A program made the position numbers and the translations under genes. The notes beneath the pieces are model-generated. The model worked only from the letters and a program-made list of their open reading frames with translations, did not search any database and was not told the DNA's origin. DNA of 24,275 bases from a virus (lineage: Duplodnaviria > Caudoviricetes), in the IMG/VR virus record IMGVR_UViG_3300044642_000138, positions 1 through 24,275 of that record. The stretch is one strand, 5' to 3'. Shown here piece by piece: positions 10,701 to 18,729 of the stretch. Positions within the stretch are counted from its first letter, which is position 1, and each line of letters opens with the position of its first letter.

Positions 10701-12076
10701 CCAATGGAGATCCACGAGCAGCAACACTACTATTCCTTCGTGAGCGTCAGGCTGCCATCCGAGGTGAGGCTGCATCACGCGCACTCTTTGAAAGCCAGAA
10801 GCCATTTGGCATTGGCTTCGGTCGTAGGTTTGATGACGACGTTCTTAAACTACTTGACAAGGCTGCCACCGATGCTGGTAAAACGCTTCGCTCGTCAACC
10901 AACCCAAACGTAAATGGAAAGATGCTGCGCGATCTGCAGGCTGCAATCAACGTGCTTACTGGGGATGCCCGTGCAATTGGCTATTCGGACGAAGCAATTG
11001 CTGGTCTATCCGATGCAGCGAATGGCTTGGCTAATGCTGCAGAAAATCTAAAGTTTGCGGGCAAGACTGGTAAACTGACAAAGCAGTCCAAGGAAATTAT
11101 TACGACTGCCTTGACTCAGGTTGCTGATGCCCGTGCGCGATTGCGTGCAGAGTTTACTGCTGCAACTGCGCGACGCAAAACCGTAGAAGATATGGTGCTT
11201 GGTCTTGACGGAGTGACTAAGAAGACTGCTCGCGAAATTGGCGATCTGTTTGTTGTCTCGGAGCGACGCAAGGAAATGCTGCCAGGAATTTCTAACGAGA
11301 TTACCGCCTTTATGAATGGCGAGACGGCAGACCCAGGTCTTGCACAGCGAGTTGCCGACCACCTCCTGAAGATCCGTGAGGCGCGGGTAGAGGAAGAGAC
11401 TGGATGGAACGCAATCTTCCATGCGCTCACTGGCGCTGCTCGCAACGCTGAGAAGACACACTACTTCAACACCCAGAGAAACGTGCTGGAGCGATCACTA
11501 AATCACCCAGTCTTTGCCGCATACCCAGTTTCGTACATGTTTGGAAAGGTGTTCCCAGAGTACCTACGAGCACTGTATCTAAGCCCAACCCGTGGCTTGA
11601 GTGGCGCTGTGCTTGCGCCGTGGACACTTATGCTTAACCTTGCAAGCGGTGGGAAGTTCACCGCCAAGTCGTGGGGGCAGTTTGCCCCTCTTGTCGGGTT
11701 CAACTCTGTTCGCAAGATCCGCGATGCAATGCTTGAAGATAACGCCGAACAGCAGAAGCCAAGCGCCCTGACGTACTTCTTTGCAAGCGTATTGATTCCA
11801 GGTTTGCCAACAGAAATTAGCGTTTCGGTTGCCGCCCCAGTGCGCCGAGTTGTAGAAGCACTGGACGAGGGTAAGGATCCTGTTGAGTCCGCTCTTTACG
11901 GTTTGGAGACTATGACGAAGAATCTTTCTGGTCCTGGACGAGTAGTTTCAACAGTCAGACAACTCTACTCAGAAGCCTCTGATACAATAGAAGAAGAAGG
12001 CGGCATCATTGAAGCCGTTGGTAGTGGTATTGGAAACGCCGTAGAAAGTCTTGGCGATTTCCTTAGGAACGAATAA
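7760..12076 (+). CDS. Very large Ala-rich helical protein (1438 aa), putative internal/ejection protein
   Basis: GTG directly follows the upstream TAA. N-terminal Gly-rich hydrophobic segments (GLGAIGGVAAGALTG, LANIFLDPFNLIMAGVG) and C-terminal hydrophobic stretches. No catalytic motif recognised. Confidence 0.6.
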   Translation: MVQGPGIPAPVGDEYVPQSERPGVFNVDIVGKAPGVVGDGLGAIGGVAAGALTGLADLTQVPFRIAAQPIAEARLVNALRYGDNQVDRKYLNAVAGGRSISEVADQMLKDGVGLSGGVAHDLLANIFLDPFNLIMAGVGKGYSVGRRASDIQSRYTDSAHSSGVDAVARAGANQADLDWLNSGRGKQLLGKMYTRTSRGLSGVTRGAAQAMFGKTMPYYIAAMGGNVLRHIFNAAERAGRSDAITAAIGSAAHHVTMDAGAAIVTRRIYGEVRSAALQKAQIIAQSEGVDDVAGYARFERAVSLQSQTSDVTRVEIRAHWEMLHRQYTDSGMNRAALADAIANDDTAAMINQNIGKNRVGAVAEDARSLDEIQVQRILGTQKDFYVSENVTTLANGANDAERVQIARYEFVENVSPVLGRSAAEEAWAAILLDIGKPKNTESLLRSLSEAMYASQQIRFGAVAESFGAAKTSLLQRINQAGEAFAAGLPIKTRAIIMDQVPRLTVVARDTLTDVDASTIAKQLGDEALDISDKAQAAVNAVYQFSILRKRFHAPTLLKVANEDPDKVVKMVAKELEQIVSQGALLKEVPITNWKGISASLPELKQMKDSAERGGYRLVLEPETAASVTSKVYSDQKVKDVYRLGVDMWVPITGGKMDVAFGNRNTLGRALDMLMTEKSTAGTFANVLVRMQEYATANNIPLSRDEIVALHKSLVNRSFKSGEASTSMRQEIKGDIRNFGGSEGSVLDEFYFELRKKDPQAAQRFAEQVKNGSLRRMIFYAAEGDWKKVGVSTKFTGYLKNKAIGGDTYTLIGDMLYPMLKFKTSQVFSIQDITESKFWNTIRGYQDEWNIGKVNDIVRYGNKRKYKVRDPYTGEPLELDATEIVSESLVSSRDELRYAQQMGLLHAYYGANAAEQILTFGRGNEGFVTALKAGLGRDYTDIKNLDYLKYVAAEGLDDLAENFAGRMSAVHPVAWNLFLGAANGDPRAATLLFLRERQAAIRGEAASRALFESQKPFGIGFGRRFDDDVLKLLDKAATDAGKTLRSSTNPNVNGKMLRDLQAAINVLTGDARAIGYSDEAIAGLSDAANGLANAAENLKFAGKTGKLTKQSKEIITTALTQVADARARLRAEFTAATARRKTVEDMVLGLDGVTKKTAREIGDLFVVSERRKEMLPGISNEITAFMNGETADPGLAQRVADHLLKIREARVEEETGWNAIFHALTGAARNAEKTHYFNTQRNVLERSLNHPVFAAYPVSYMFGKVFPEYLRALYLSPTRGLSGAVLAPWTLMLNLASGGKFTAKSWGQFAPLVGFNSVRKIRDAMLEDNAEQQKPSALTYFFASVLIPGLPTEISVSVAAPVRRVVEALDEGKDPVESALYGLETMTKNLSGPGRVVSTVRQLYSEASDTIEEEGGIIEAVGSGIGNAVESLGDFLRNE

Positions 12077-12091
12077 GAAGGAGAATCACAG

Positions 12092-12673
12092 ATGAGCGAA
12101 GAAGTCGTAACGACCACCGAAGAGTCGCAGAAGCCAGTAGCCCCCGTTGAAGGTGCTGCTGTTGAAGCCACTCCAGAGGCGGACGATGTTGCCACTTGGA
12201 AGAAGCGTCTCGCTGGTAAGGACCAGGCGTTGACCGCAGCACAGAAGTCTCTGGAAGTCTTTAAGACTGAAGCAGAGAATCTTAAGCGGTGGAAGGCTGA
12301 ACAAGAGCAAGCAAACATGTCCGAGTTTGAGAAGGCTCAAGTGAAGTTGGCAACCCTGGAAGCCGAGTTAAACCAGACGAAGGAGTACGCCCGTATGGAG
12401 CGTATCCGAGCGTCTGCCCCGTCATACGCCCAGTTTATTGCTGATACGGCAGGACTTGATGAGGAGGCTCGTGCAGTCTCCTTTGAGAAGTTCCTTGCTG
12501 ACATCAAGGGTAAGCAGGACGAAGAGAAGGGTATTTCATCGGACGCTGGAACAAATGTTGTTAGTAAGCCAACGCTCAACACTCGCAAGGACTCAACGCC
12601 CACTGGAAAGCGGACGATTGCAGACATTGAAGAGGAGTTGAAGAAGTTGGGAAATCCCTTTCTAGGGATGTAA
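12092..12673 (+). CDS. Capsid scaffolding protein
   Basis: AAGGAG RBS. Acidic low-complexity N-terminus and E/K/A/Q coiled coil. Lies immediately upstream of the capsid gene. Confidence 0.8.
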   Translation: MSEEVVTTTEESQKPVAPVEGAAVEATPEADDVATWKKRLAGKDQALTAAQKSLEVFKTEAENLKRWKAEQEQANMSEFEKAQVKLATLEAELNQTKEYARMERIRASAPSYAQFIADTAGLDEEARAVSFEKFLADIKGKQDEEKGISSDAGTNVVSKPTLNTRKDSTPTGKRTIADIEEELKKLGNPFLGM

Positions 12674-12696
12674 TAGTTAAGTAAAGGAGCCACATC

Positions 12697-13677
12697 ATGG
12701 CTTATGTAAATACTGGTACGACGAACTTTTCGGCTCTCGTCCAGGATCTCGTTCAGGCTAAGGCTGAGCAGGAACTTCGCGCTCGGTTGGTTCACGCCAA
12801 CCCAGATGCCTACGTTCATGGTCGCTTTGTAAAGGGCACGAACCAGATTCGTTTCGCTCGCTATTCTGACCTCGGCGCAAATACCACGGTTCTTGGGGAA
12901 GGCGTTCCGCCAACCTCACAGAGCATGAGCATTTCGTCCGACGCATTCAGCGCATTGCAGTACGGTCAGACGCTCTCAATTACCGACCTCGCTCAGTTGG
13001 ACTCGCCACACGACTTGATTTCAGTTGCTTCTGACCGCCTTGCGCGTCAGGCTGCTGAGACCATGGACCTTGTTGTGCGCGATGTTCTGGCTGCGGGAAC
13101 CAATGTTCGGTACGCTCCAAACATTAACGCAAGCACTGGCGCTCAGACCGCAAACACCGCTCGTGGTACGATTACCGCGACGGCTCGTATTACGGGTGAG
13201 CAGGTAAAGAAGACGGTTGCTTCCCTCAAGGCAGCGAACGTCCCAGCCTTTGCCGACGGCACGTACCGCTGCATCATCCATCCATTCCAGGAGTACGATC
13301 TGATTTCAGATACGACTGCCAATGGTTGGCTTGAGGCTAACAAGTACGTGGACAATACCCCTCTCATCACTGGTGAGATTGGTAAGTTCGCTGGCGTTCG
13401 CTTTGTGGTCTCGTCAAGGGCTAAGGTCTTTACGGGCGCAAGCGGCGGCGCAAACGATGCTAACGTGTACTCAGCCCATTTCTTTGGTCCTGATTCGTAC
13501 ACCGTTGGTGACTCGCAGACTCTTCAGGCATACTTCACCGCCCCAGGCGGAGATCACTCCGACCCACTCGCTCAGATGGCGATTGCTGGTTGGAAGATGC
13601 GCTTCGGCGCGAAGTTGCTTGACCTTGCTGGTGCGAAGTACGTTCGTCTTGAGACGGGCGCAACGCTCGGCGCGTAG
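12697..13677 (+). CDS. Major capsid protein, N4-gp56-like family (HK97 fold)
   Basis: AAGGAG RBS, 326 aa. Motifs LGEGVPP, QYGQTLSITD, CIIHPFQEYDL, GEIGKFAGVRFV and DPLAQMAIAGWK. Confidence 0.93.
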   Translation: MAYVNTGTTNFSALVQDLVQAKAEQELRARLVHANPDAYVHGRFVKGTNQIRFARYSDLGANTTVLGEGVPPTSQSMSISSDAFSALQYGQTLSITDLAQLDSPHDLISVASDRLARQAAETMDLVVRDVLAAGTNVRYAPNINASTGAQTANTARGTITATARITGEQVKKTVASLKAANVPAFADGTYRCIIHPFQEYDLISDTTANGWLEANKYVDNTPLITGEIGKFAGVRFVVSSRAKVFTGASGGANDANVYSAHFFGPDSYTVGDSQTLQAYFTAPGGDHSDPLAQMAIAGWKMRFGAKLLDLAGAKYVRLETGATLGA

Positions 13678-13687
13678 TAACTAGGAA

Positions 13688-13717
13688 GCGGGGGGCTGCT
13701 GGCGGGCAGCCCCTTGC
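13688..13717 (+). terminator. GC-rich hairpin after the capsid gene (attenuating terminator or mRNA stabiliser)
   Basis: GCGGGGGGCTGCT-GGCG-GGCAGCCCCTTGC forms a 13-bp stem with 3 G-U pairs, 10 nt after the capsid stop. No U-tract follows. Confidence 0.6.
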
Positions 13718-13734
13718 GACCATAAGGAGATAGC

Positions 13735-14406
13735 ATGGCAACTAGAGCAGATATCCGAATCCAGATTAGGCGAGAACTCCGTGACGTTGACGGGAATACT
13801 TGGCTTGATACAGAACTAAACGATCTGATCAATGCTGGGATCAATGCCGTATCTGACTTGTCGCCACGCGAAGCAGTTGAGACCGTAACGTGGACTGCTG
13901 CAGCATTAGGTTCACAGTTTGGTTTGCAAAAGATTGTTGACCCAACAACTACATTCCGAAACATCTTCAGGGTTGAGGTCCTTACCGTAGACGGAATGGT
14001 GTGGCAGACGTTGCCACCTGATAACGGAGAAGGATCTTCAAGCGGCTGGTCGTTCTGGCAGGGCAATGTCCGCCTACCAGAGAAGTACACTCTGCCAGTT
14101 AGTTACAACGGCGGGGGCTACGAGCAAGTAGTCGTTCGTATCTACGGCTACGCCGATCATACGTTGCTTGACAGCGACGCGACCGCGACAACCCTAACAA
14201 CCCGTGAGCAGGATGCCGTCCGCGTCTTCTGCACGGCTGAGGCTCTCTCGCGACTGATGATCAACCGAGCAACCTTCCAGCAATGGCAGGTTTCTTCTGG
14301 TGCAAACAACGTTAGCATTAGCGAGTTGGCTGTACTGGCTAACAGCGCACGCTACCGATGGTCGCAGGAACGCGGCAAGTTGCGCAAGATGCGAAGAATT
14401 TCATGA
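13735..14406 (+). CDS. Head-tail adaptor, podovirus-type
   Basis: AAGGAG RBS. N-terminus TRADIRIQIRRELRD...WLDTELNDLINAG followed by a beta-rich middle and helical end (about 220 aa), as in adaptors of short-tailed phages. Directly after the capsid gene. Confidence 0.7.
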   Translation: MATRADIRIQIRRELRDVDGNTWLDTELNDLINAGINAVSDLSPREAVETVTWTAAALGSQFGLQKIVDPTTTFRNIFRVEVLTVDGMVWQTLPPDNGEGSSSGWSFWQGNVRLPEKYTLPVSYNGGGYEQVVVRIYGYADHTLLDSDATATTLTTREQDAVRVFCTAEALSRLMINRATFQQWQVSSGANNVSISELAVLANSARYRWSQERGKLRKMRRIS

Positions 14407-15404
14407 TTGATCTATCGCTGCCAGTCACTATTGAGGACGGTGCTGGTCATGCGCTAAATCTAAACTCCCTCGTGGGCGAGCAAAGTTTGGCTGGCGGCAG
14501 CGTGCCGCTTAGCGGATATCTTGTAGACGCGTTTACTTTTGGCGGATCTAACCCTGTCGGCTACGAGGAGTCTCGCTCTACTGATGACGGCGTAGACGCA
14601 ACGGAAGCGTACGTGGGTCGCCGCATTCTGAATGCTGTGGTCTGGGTATATGGCGCTACCCGACTAGACTTGTACAATCGGATGCAGGTTCTTATCAACG
14701 CAATGCGCTTCTTGCCAAACCGATACATCCAGACAGACGGGTTTAGGAAGTTACAGTTTACAATGCTTACCCCAGATGTAACCAACTACCCACCTGACGG
14801 ATCGCTGTCTGCGTACTGCGTTGTACGACCAGCACAGTTGCCTGCTATTCAGGTAGACAGCAGTACCATTACTGGCTCTGACGAACTAGGATACGCTAGT
14901 CGTATCTCGCTGTCGTGGCTGATGAAGTACCCCTTTAAGTACGCAAGTTCCCTAAACTCTCTGAATGTTCCGATTACTAATACCAATACCAACGTAGCAA
15001 ACCATGGTGCGGCAGATGCTGATCCGCAACTTCTTATTACTGCGACTGGCAGCCAGACCACAGACGTTAAGATCACCGTTACTTTAAACGGTACACCGCT
15101 AGAACTGCTTGTAACCAAGACACTTGGCACCGACGGAAGCATTACCCGATCTATCCTAATTGACTTTAAAGATCAGGTTGTCTACACCCGCGAGCAAACA
15201 GGAAGTGTCATCTCTTCTATCCTGTCCCAGAATCTTATTGTCATTAACTCTGGTGCAACGTTTGGACAGATCCACCCGATGCGAGACTCAGACGATGGGG
15301 TAACGCCAACGGTTGTTAAGGTGCGCATCCAGAATTCTAGTACGCTTGCTGATATCACCACGGGGTACACGGCAACTTTGTCGTGGCGAGAAGCGTGGTT
15401 CTAG
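14403..15404 (+). CDS. Distal tail protein (Dit)-like
   Basis: ATGA overlap at 14403. Dit-like pattern DG..ATEAYVGRRIL...KYPFKY...VANHGAADADPQLLIT...ILIDF...C-terminal SWREAWF. Confidence 0.75.
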   Translation: MIDLSLPVTIEDGAGHALNLNSLVGEQSLAGGSVPLSGYLVDAFTFGGSNPVGYEESRSTDDGVDATEAYVGRRILNAVVWVYGATRLDLYNRMQVLINAMRFLPNRYIQTDGFRKLQFTMLTPDVTNYPPDGSLSAYCVVRPAQLPAIQVDSSTITGSDELGYASRISLSWLMKYPFKYASSLNSLNVPITNTNTNVANHGAADADPQLLITATGSQTTDVKITVTLNGTPLELLVTKTLGTDGSITRSILIDFKDQVVYTREQTGSVISSILSQNLIVINSGATFGQIHPMRDSDDGVTPTVVKVRIQNSSTLADITTGYTATLSWREAWF

Positions 15405-18131
15405 GTGGCAACGTCAACATTTAATACCAGCGTAACGGACGCGAGTGGCTATACAACTCTATCTGGAACGAGTCCTTCAAGGGTTGAAGCAAGTGATGCA
15501 CCAGACTTCTGGAATGGCGTATACCGATCTAGCCCAGTAGGAGTTACTGAAAGCGGGGGTCTATCGTTTCGTTCTTTGATTAAGATCCCTATTGATTTCT
15601 CTACCCTTACTGGAGCGGTGCAAATCACTGGAGCGACACTTAAACTCCGATACTTTAACGTCAGCACCACACTAAACCAGTCTGCAAATACTGGATCGCG
15701 TACTGTAAACATCCACCGCTCGTTGGTTTCCTTTACGGAGTCTCCTGGGTCTGATCCAGGTACGGGGCTAGGATGGCAATCCTCTACTACCCAGAACTGG
15801 GACAAGAAACTCAAGACGGCAGGCACGCATTACGATGCTACTGTCATTGCAAGCAAAGCCCTTAGCGGGACCGTAGCCAACAAGGTTTTGCACGAGTACG
15901 ATATCCTACCATTCATCCTAAAGATCGCGCCAGCGTCGCTCCTAGTGGGGTCTACGACGGGCGTAGCGGGAGAGGGACTAGCCAATAACGGGCTGCTGCT
16001 AAAGATGAGCGCAACAGGGTCAAGCCAAGCGGCGGAGTACTACAGCCGAGAAGGTGCTGCCACCTACGCCACCGATGCTCCAACCATTGTCCTTACCTAC
16101 ACAACTAACCAAGCCCCAACTGTTCCGACAAGCCTAAGTCCTAATAGCGGTGCGCTGCAGGCAGGTGCAAACATTACGTTCACCGCCAACTTCAACGACC
16201 CAGATGCTGGTGACACAATGAAGTCCTTTGGTATTCAGATCACTGAGGGCGAGGACTTCTCTACTACCCTTACGGATCAAGAAGTAACTGCCACAACGAT
16301 TTCCTTTGTTTCCCCTATGACTAACTATACCTCTGGTATTATTTATAAATGGCGCGTGCGCGCAACAGATGCGGCTGGTGCAGTGAGCGATTGGTCGGAG
16401 ACGCAAACGTTTACTGCTCCAACAAACACGTCAACCGCGCCGCCACCGTTAACGGGTAACACAAACTTTGCCACAACGCAGACTCCAACGCGTAGCAAGT
16501 ACCGTGTAGAGGTTTACTCTATCCTTGCATCGCTCAACGGGTTTGACCCAAAGCCTATTGCGGTACTCTTTGACGCTAAGAACATTGGTGTTGGCACGCA
16601 AGTCAACGGTGCTGGAGAATGCTTCTTTACGCTAGTCAACACACACGATCAGATTGAGGTGATTGATCCGCAGAAGACCTTCTTCCGTATCTGCCGATGG
16701 GATAAGTGGGCTGGCTACTACCGAGTCATGACCGAAGGACTCATTACCCGCAAGGAAGAGGGTAGGAACGAGACGCTCTTCTACGGCATTGATAAACTAG
16801 GAATGCTTAACCGAAGCATGGTCTTCACAGATACGGTGGGGGCAACCTACTCGCACGTATCCGTAACCCTCTCACAACTCCATGACTCTATCCTGCGGCG
16901 TACTGGGCGAACCGCAACGGTGACTGCTGCAAGCGTTGCATCTGGCGAGATCACTTACACCGCAGCCTCCCACCCATTCCGTGGTGGAGATGTCGTTACC
17001 GTGGTCGGGACGACTGGATTAGACTGCACGCTATCAACAGTGACCGCCACAACTGGCACTACCTTCAAGGTTAAGTCGGCATCAACGGCAAGCGCGTGGA
17101 CGGGCACGGCATCTTCCACCCTAGCAAATTCGGTGATTGACTTGGGCTGGGGCGAGTCGCCGACGGATCTCTTCAGGGATTATTCCGTATCCAACCCATC
17201 TTCATCCGCTACCTCGTCTGCAACCAAGAGCATTCAGGTGTCTGGGCAGAATTGCCTTGATGCTATCTCTGCCTTTTCCGACCTATTGATGGCAGGAACA
17301 ACGAACAAGGTCATCCTTGAGAACCCAAACATTGGCTTGCCAGCCGCAGCAATTGAAACTATGAACGTCGGTTTGCGCTACCGCCACCTCACCATCACCG
17401 ACATTGTCAAGCCAGGTTGGTGGCTGCAGTATGGCGTGAACGTCAAGCAGTACAAACTCAGCGACAACCTTGACCAGATGTCTACCCGAGCATCAGTCAT
17501 CAACCGATCTAACATTGGCTCAAGCCTTACAAGCAGCCCTTACAATGGCGACACCGACGCAGATCTTTACGATCAGTACCTGCTCATCCAGCGTATTGAG
17601 GTTACCAACGAAGAGCGCAACGAGATTGATTACTCGGCACAGTTCCGATACAACACGCATCCTGATCGGCTGTTTACGTTAGAGGTAAACGTTAAGCCAA
17701 ACTGGATTACTCCATTTGACGGTTACACTGTAGGCGATGACTTGACTGTGTACATTGTGGATCTTCCAGTTGATCTTAAAAAGGATCTAACACTTGTTGC
17801 ACAACAGTGGATTGCAAACGATAACGGTGCTGAGTACATGGCGTTTGCATTCTCACAACGTATGGAGAAAGAGTTCCTCATCCGAAAGGAAACGCCTCTT
17901 ACGCCAGATCCTACTGGTAAAATCTTGCCCGATCTTGACCCTACTCCGAAGACTGTAGATGAGGGAAGTACGCTTGATCAAATGCGTGGCGCACCTGGTC
18001 GTGGTATAGTTGGTGGAGAACCGCAACCAGATCCTATCGTTGCACCTCCACGTATTATCACGCCGCCACAGCCAACGCTTCCACCAGAGGTGACACCGCC
18101 ACCGCTATTCCCACGGAAGCCAGTGCTATGA
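15405..18131 (+). CDS. Multidomain tail-tip protein: DNRLRE/CBM-like + FN3/Ig-like + Tal/hub-like + Pro-rich tail
   Basis: RSLIKIPIDFS..ITGATLKL..NNGLLLK..YYSRE..PTIVLTY is DNRLRE-like. NQAPTVP..YKWRVRATDAAGAVSDWS is FN3-like. VNGAGECFFTL, LQYGVNV and YTVGDDLTV are Tal/hub-like. Confidence 0.75.
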   Translation: MATSTFNTSVTDASGYTTLSGTSPSRVEASDAPDFWNGVYRSSPVGVTESGGLSFRSLIKIPIDFSTLTGAVQITGATLKLRYFNVSTTLNQSANTGSRTVNIHRSLVSFTESPGSDPGTGLGWQSSTTQNWDKKLKTAGTHYDATVIASKALSGTVANKVLHEYDILPFILKIAPASLLVGSTTGVAGEGLANNGLLLKMSATGSSQAAEYYSREGAATYATDAPTIVLTYTTNQAPTVPTSLSPNSGALQAGANITFTANFNDPDAGDTMKSFGIQITEGEDFSTTLTDQEVTATTISFVSPMTNYTSGIIYKWRVRATDAAGAVSDWSETQTFTAPTNTSTAPPPLTGNTNFATTQTPTRSKYRVEVYSILASLNGFDPKPIAVLFDAKNIGVGTQVNGAGECFFTLVNTHDQIEVIDPQKTFFRICRWDKWAGYYRVMTEGLITRKEEGRNETLFYGIDKLGMLNRSMVFTDTVGATYSHVSVTLSQLHDSILRRTGRTATVTAASVASGEITYTAASHPFRGGDVVTVVGTTGLDCTLSTVTATTGTTFKVKSASTASAWTGTASSTLANSVIDLGWGESPTDLFRDYSVSNPSSSATSSATKSIQVSGQNCLDAISAFSDLLMAGTTNKVILENPNIGLPAAAIETMNVGLRYRHLTITDIVKPGWWLQYGVNVKQYKLSDNLDQMSTRASVINRSNIGSSLTSSPYNGDTDADLYDQYLLIQRIEVTNEERNEIDYSAQFRYNTHPDRLFTLEVNVKPNWITPFDGYTVGDDLTVYIVDLPVDLKKDLTLVAQQWIANDNGAEYMAFAFSQRMEKEFLIRKETPLTPDPTGKILPDLDPTPKTVDEGSTLDQMRGAPGRGIVGGEPQPDPIVAPPRIITPPQPTLPPEVTPPPLFPRKPVL

Positions 18132-18373
18132 CAAGCGCAAACTACAAAGCCCTTATTGACGGGATCACGGAAGTGAGGTCCGATGTGAATGATGTAAGAA
18201 CCGAATTGCTCACGCGACTTGATCGCATTGATGAGCGGCTGCGGCATGTAGAAGTTTCGCAAGCCAAGTCCGACATCCGAACTGTGGAACTATCCAACAA
18301 GTGGAAGGCGGGAATCGCTACTGGCATTGCTTCTGGTTTGGCTGCGCTGATTCAGGCGCTCCTCCAGAAATAG
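18128..18373 (+). CDS. Small coiled-coil protein with C-terminal transmembrane helix (XhlA-like or lysis accessory)
   Basis: ATGA overlap. Heptad-like LTRLDRIDERLRHVE, then hydrophobic WKAGIATGIASGLAALIQALL. Last gene of the + block. Confidence 0.65.
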   Translation: MTSANYKALIDGITEVRSDVNDVRTELLTRLDRIDERLRHVEVSQAKSDIRTVELSNKWKAGIATGIASGLAALIQALLQK

Positions 18374-18374
18374 G

Positions 18375-18406
18375 GACAGGCTGTGGGGAGGAAGCCACAG
18401 CCTGTC
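18375..18406. terminator. Hairpin between convergent gene blocks, probable bidirectional terminator
   Basis: Perfect 12-bp inverted repeat GACAGGCTGTGG / CCACAGCCTGTC with an 8-nt loop, filling the 40-nt gap between two convergent stops. Confidence 0.85.
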
Positions 18407-18413
18407 ATGTTCA

Positions 18414-18728
18414 CTACTTCCCGAAGTGCTGGTATACCGCCGCTTCAATAGCCGCGTCTACCGCATCGTAGTCCACCTTGATACCCCTGTTGGCAAGAAG
18501 GCTATCAACGAACTGATGAGCCTGTGCCTTCTTGAGTTCACCTGATTCCCCAAGGAACTGCTTCTCTACAGCAAACACTGCAGTGCCAGCAATAGCCGCA
18601 AGGATACCATACTCTCGTGCGGTAACGTTAGCCTTGAGCCACCTGTCCGCAGAGCGGAGCACAAGTGCAACAAGTGCAACGATTGCCGTAGCGAGTACTG
18701 GAGCGAGAACGTTAATAACTTCCTGCAT
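18414..18728 (-). CDS. Phage holin, LL-H-like family
   Basis: Single N-terminal TM helix, then AVFAVEKQ..GELKKAQA..IEAAVYQ. ATG 18728 preferred over GTG 18737 because GAGGTG lies just upstream. Confidence 0.8.
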   Translation of the reverse strand: MQEVINVLAPVLATAIVALVALVLRSADRWLKANVTAREYGILAAIAGTAVFAVEKQFLGESGELKKAQAHQFVDSLLANRGIKVDYDAVDAAIEAAVYQHFGK

Positions 18729-18729
18729 A

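Noticed and set aside
7760-12076. 1438-aa protein as a tape-measure protein
   Set aside because: It lies in the head module with no adjacent tube or chaperone genes, and I saw no periodic aromatic repeats. Not formally excluded without a profile search.
12654-12669. ATCCCT-TTCT-AGGGAT hairpin at the end of the scaffold gene
   Set aside because: Only a 6-bp stem inside coding sequence, which is too weak to distinguish from chance.
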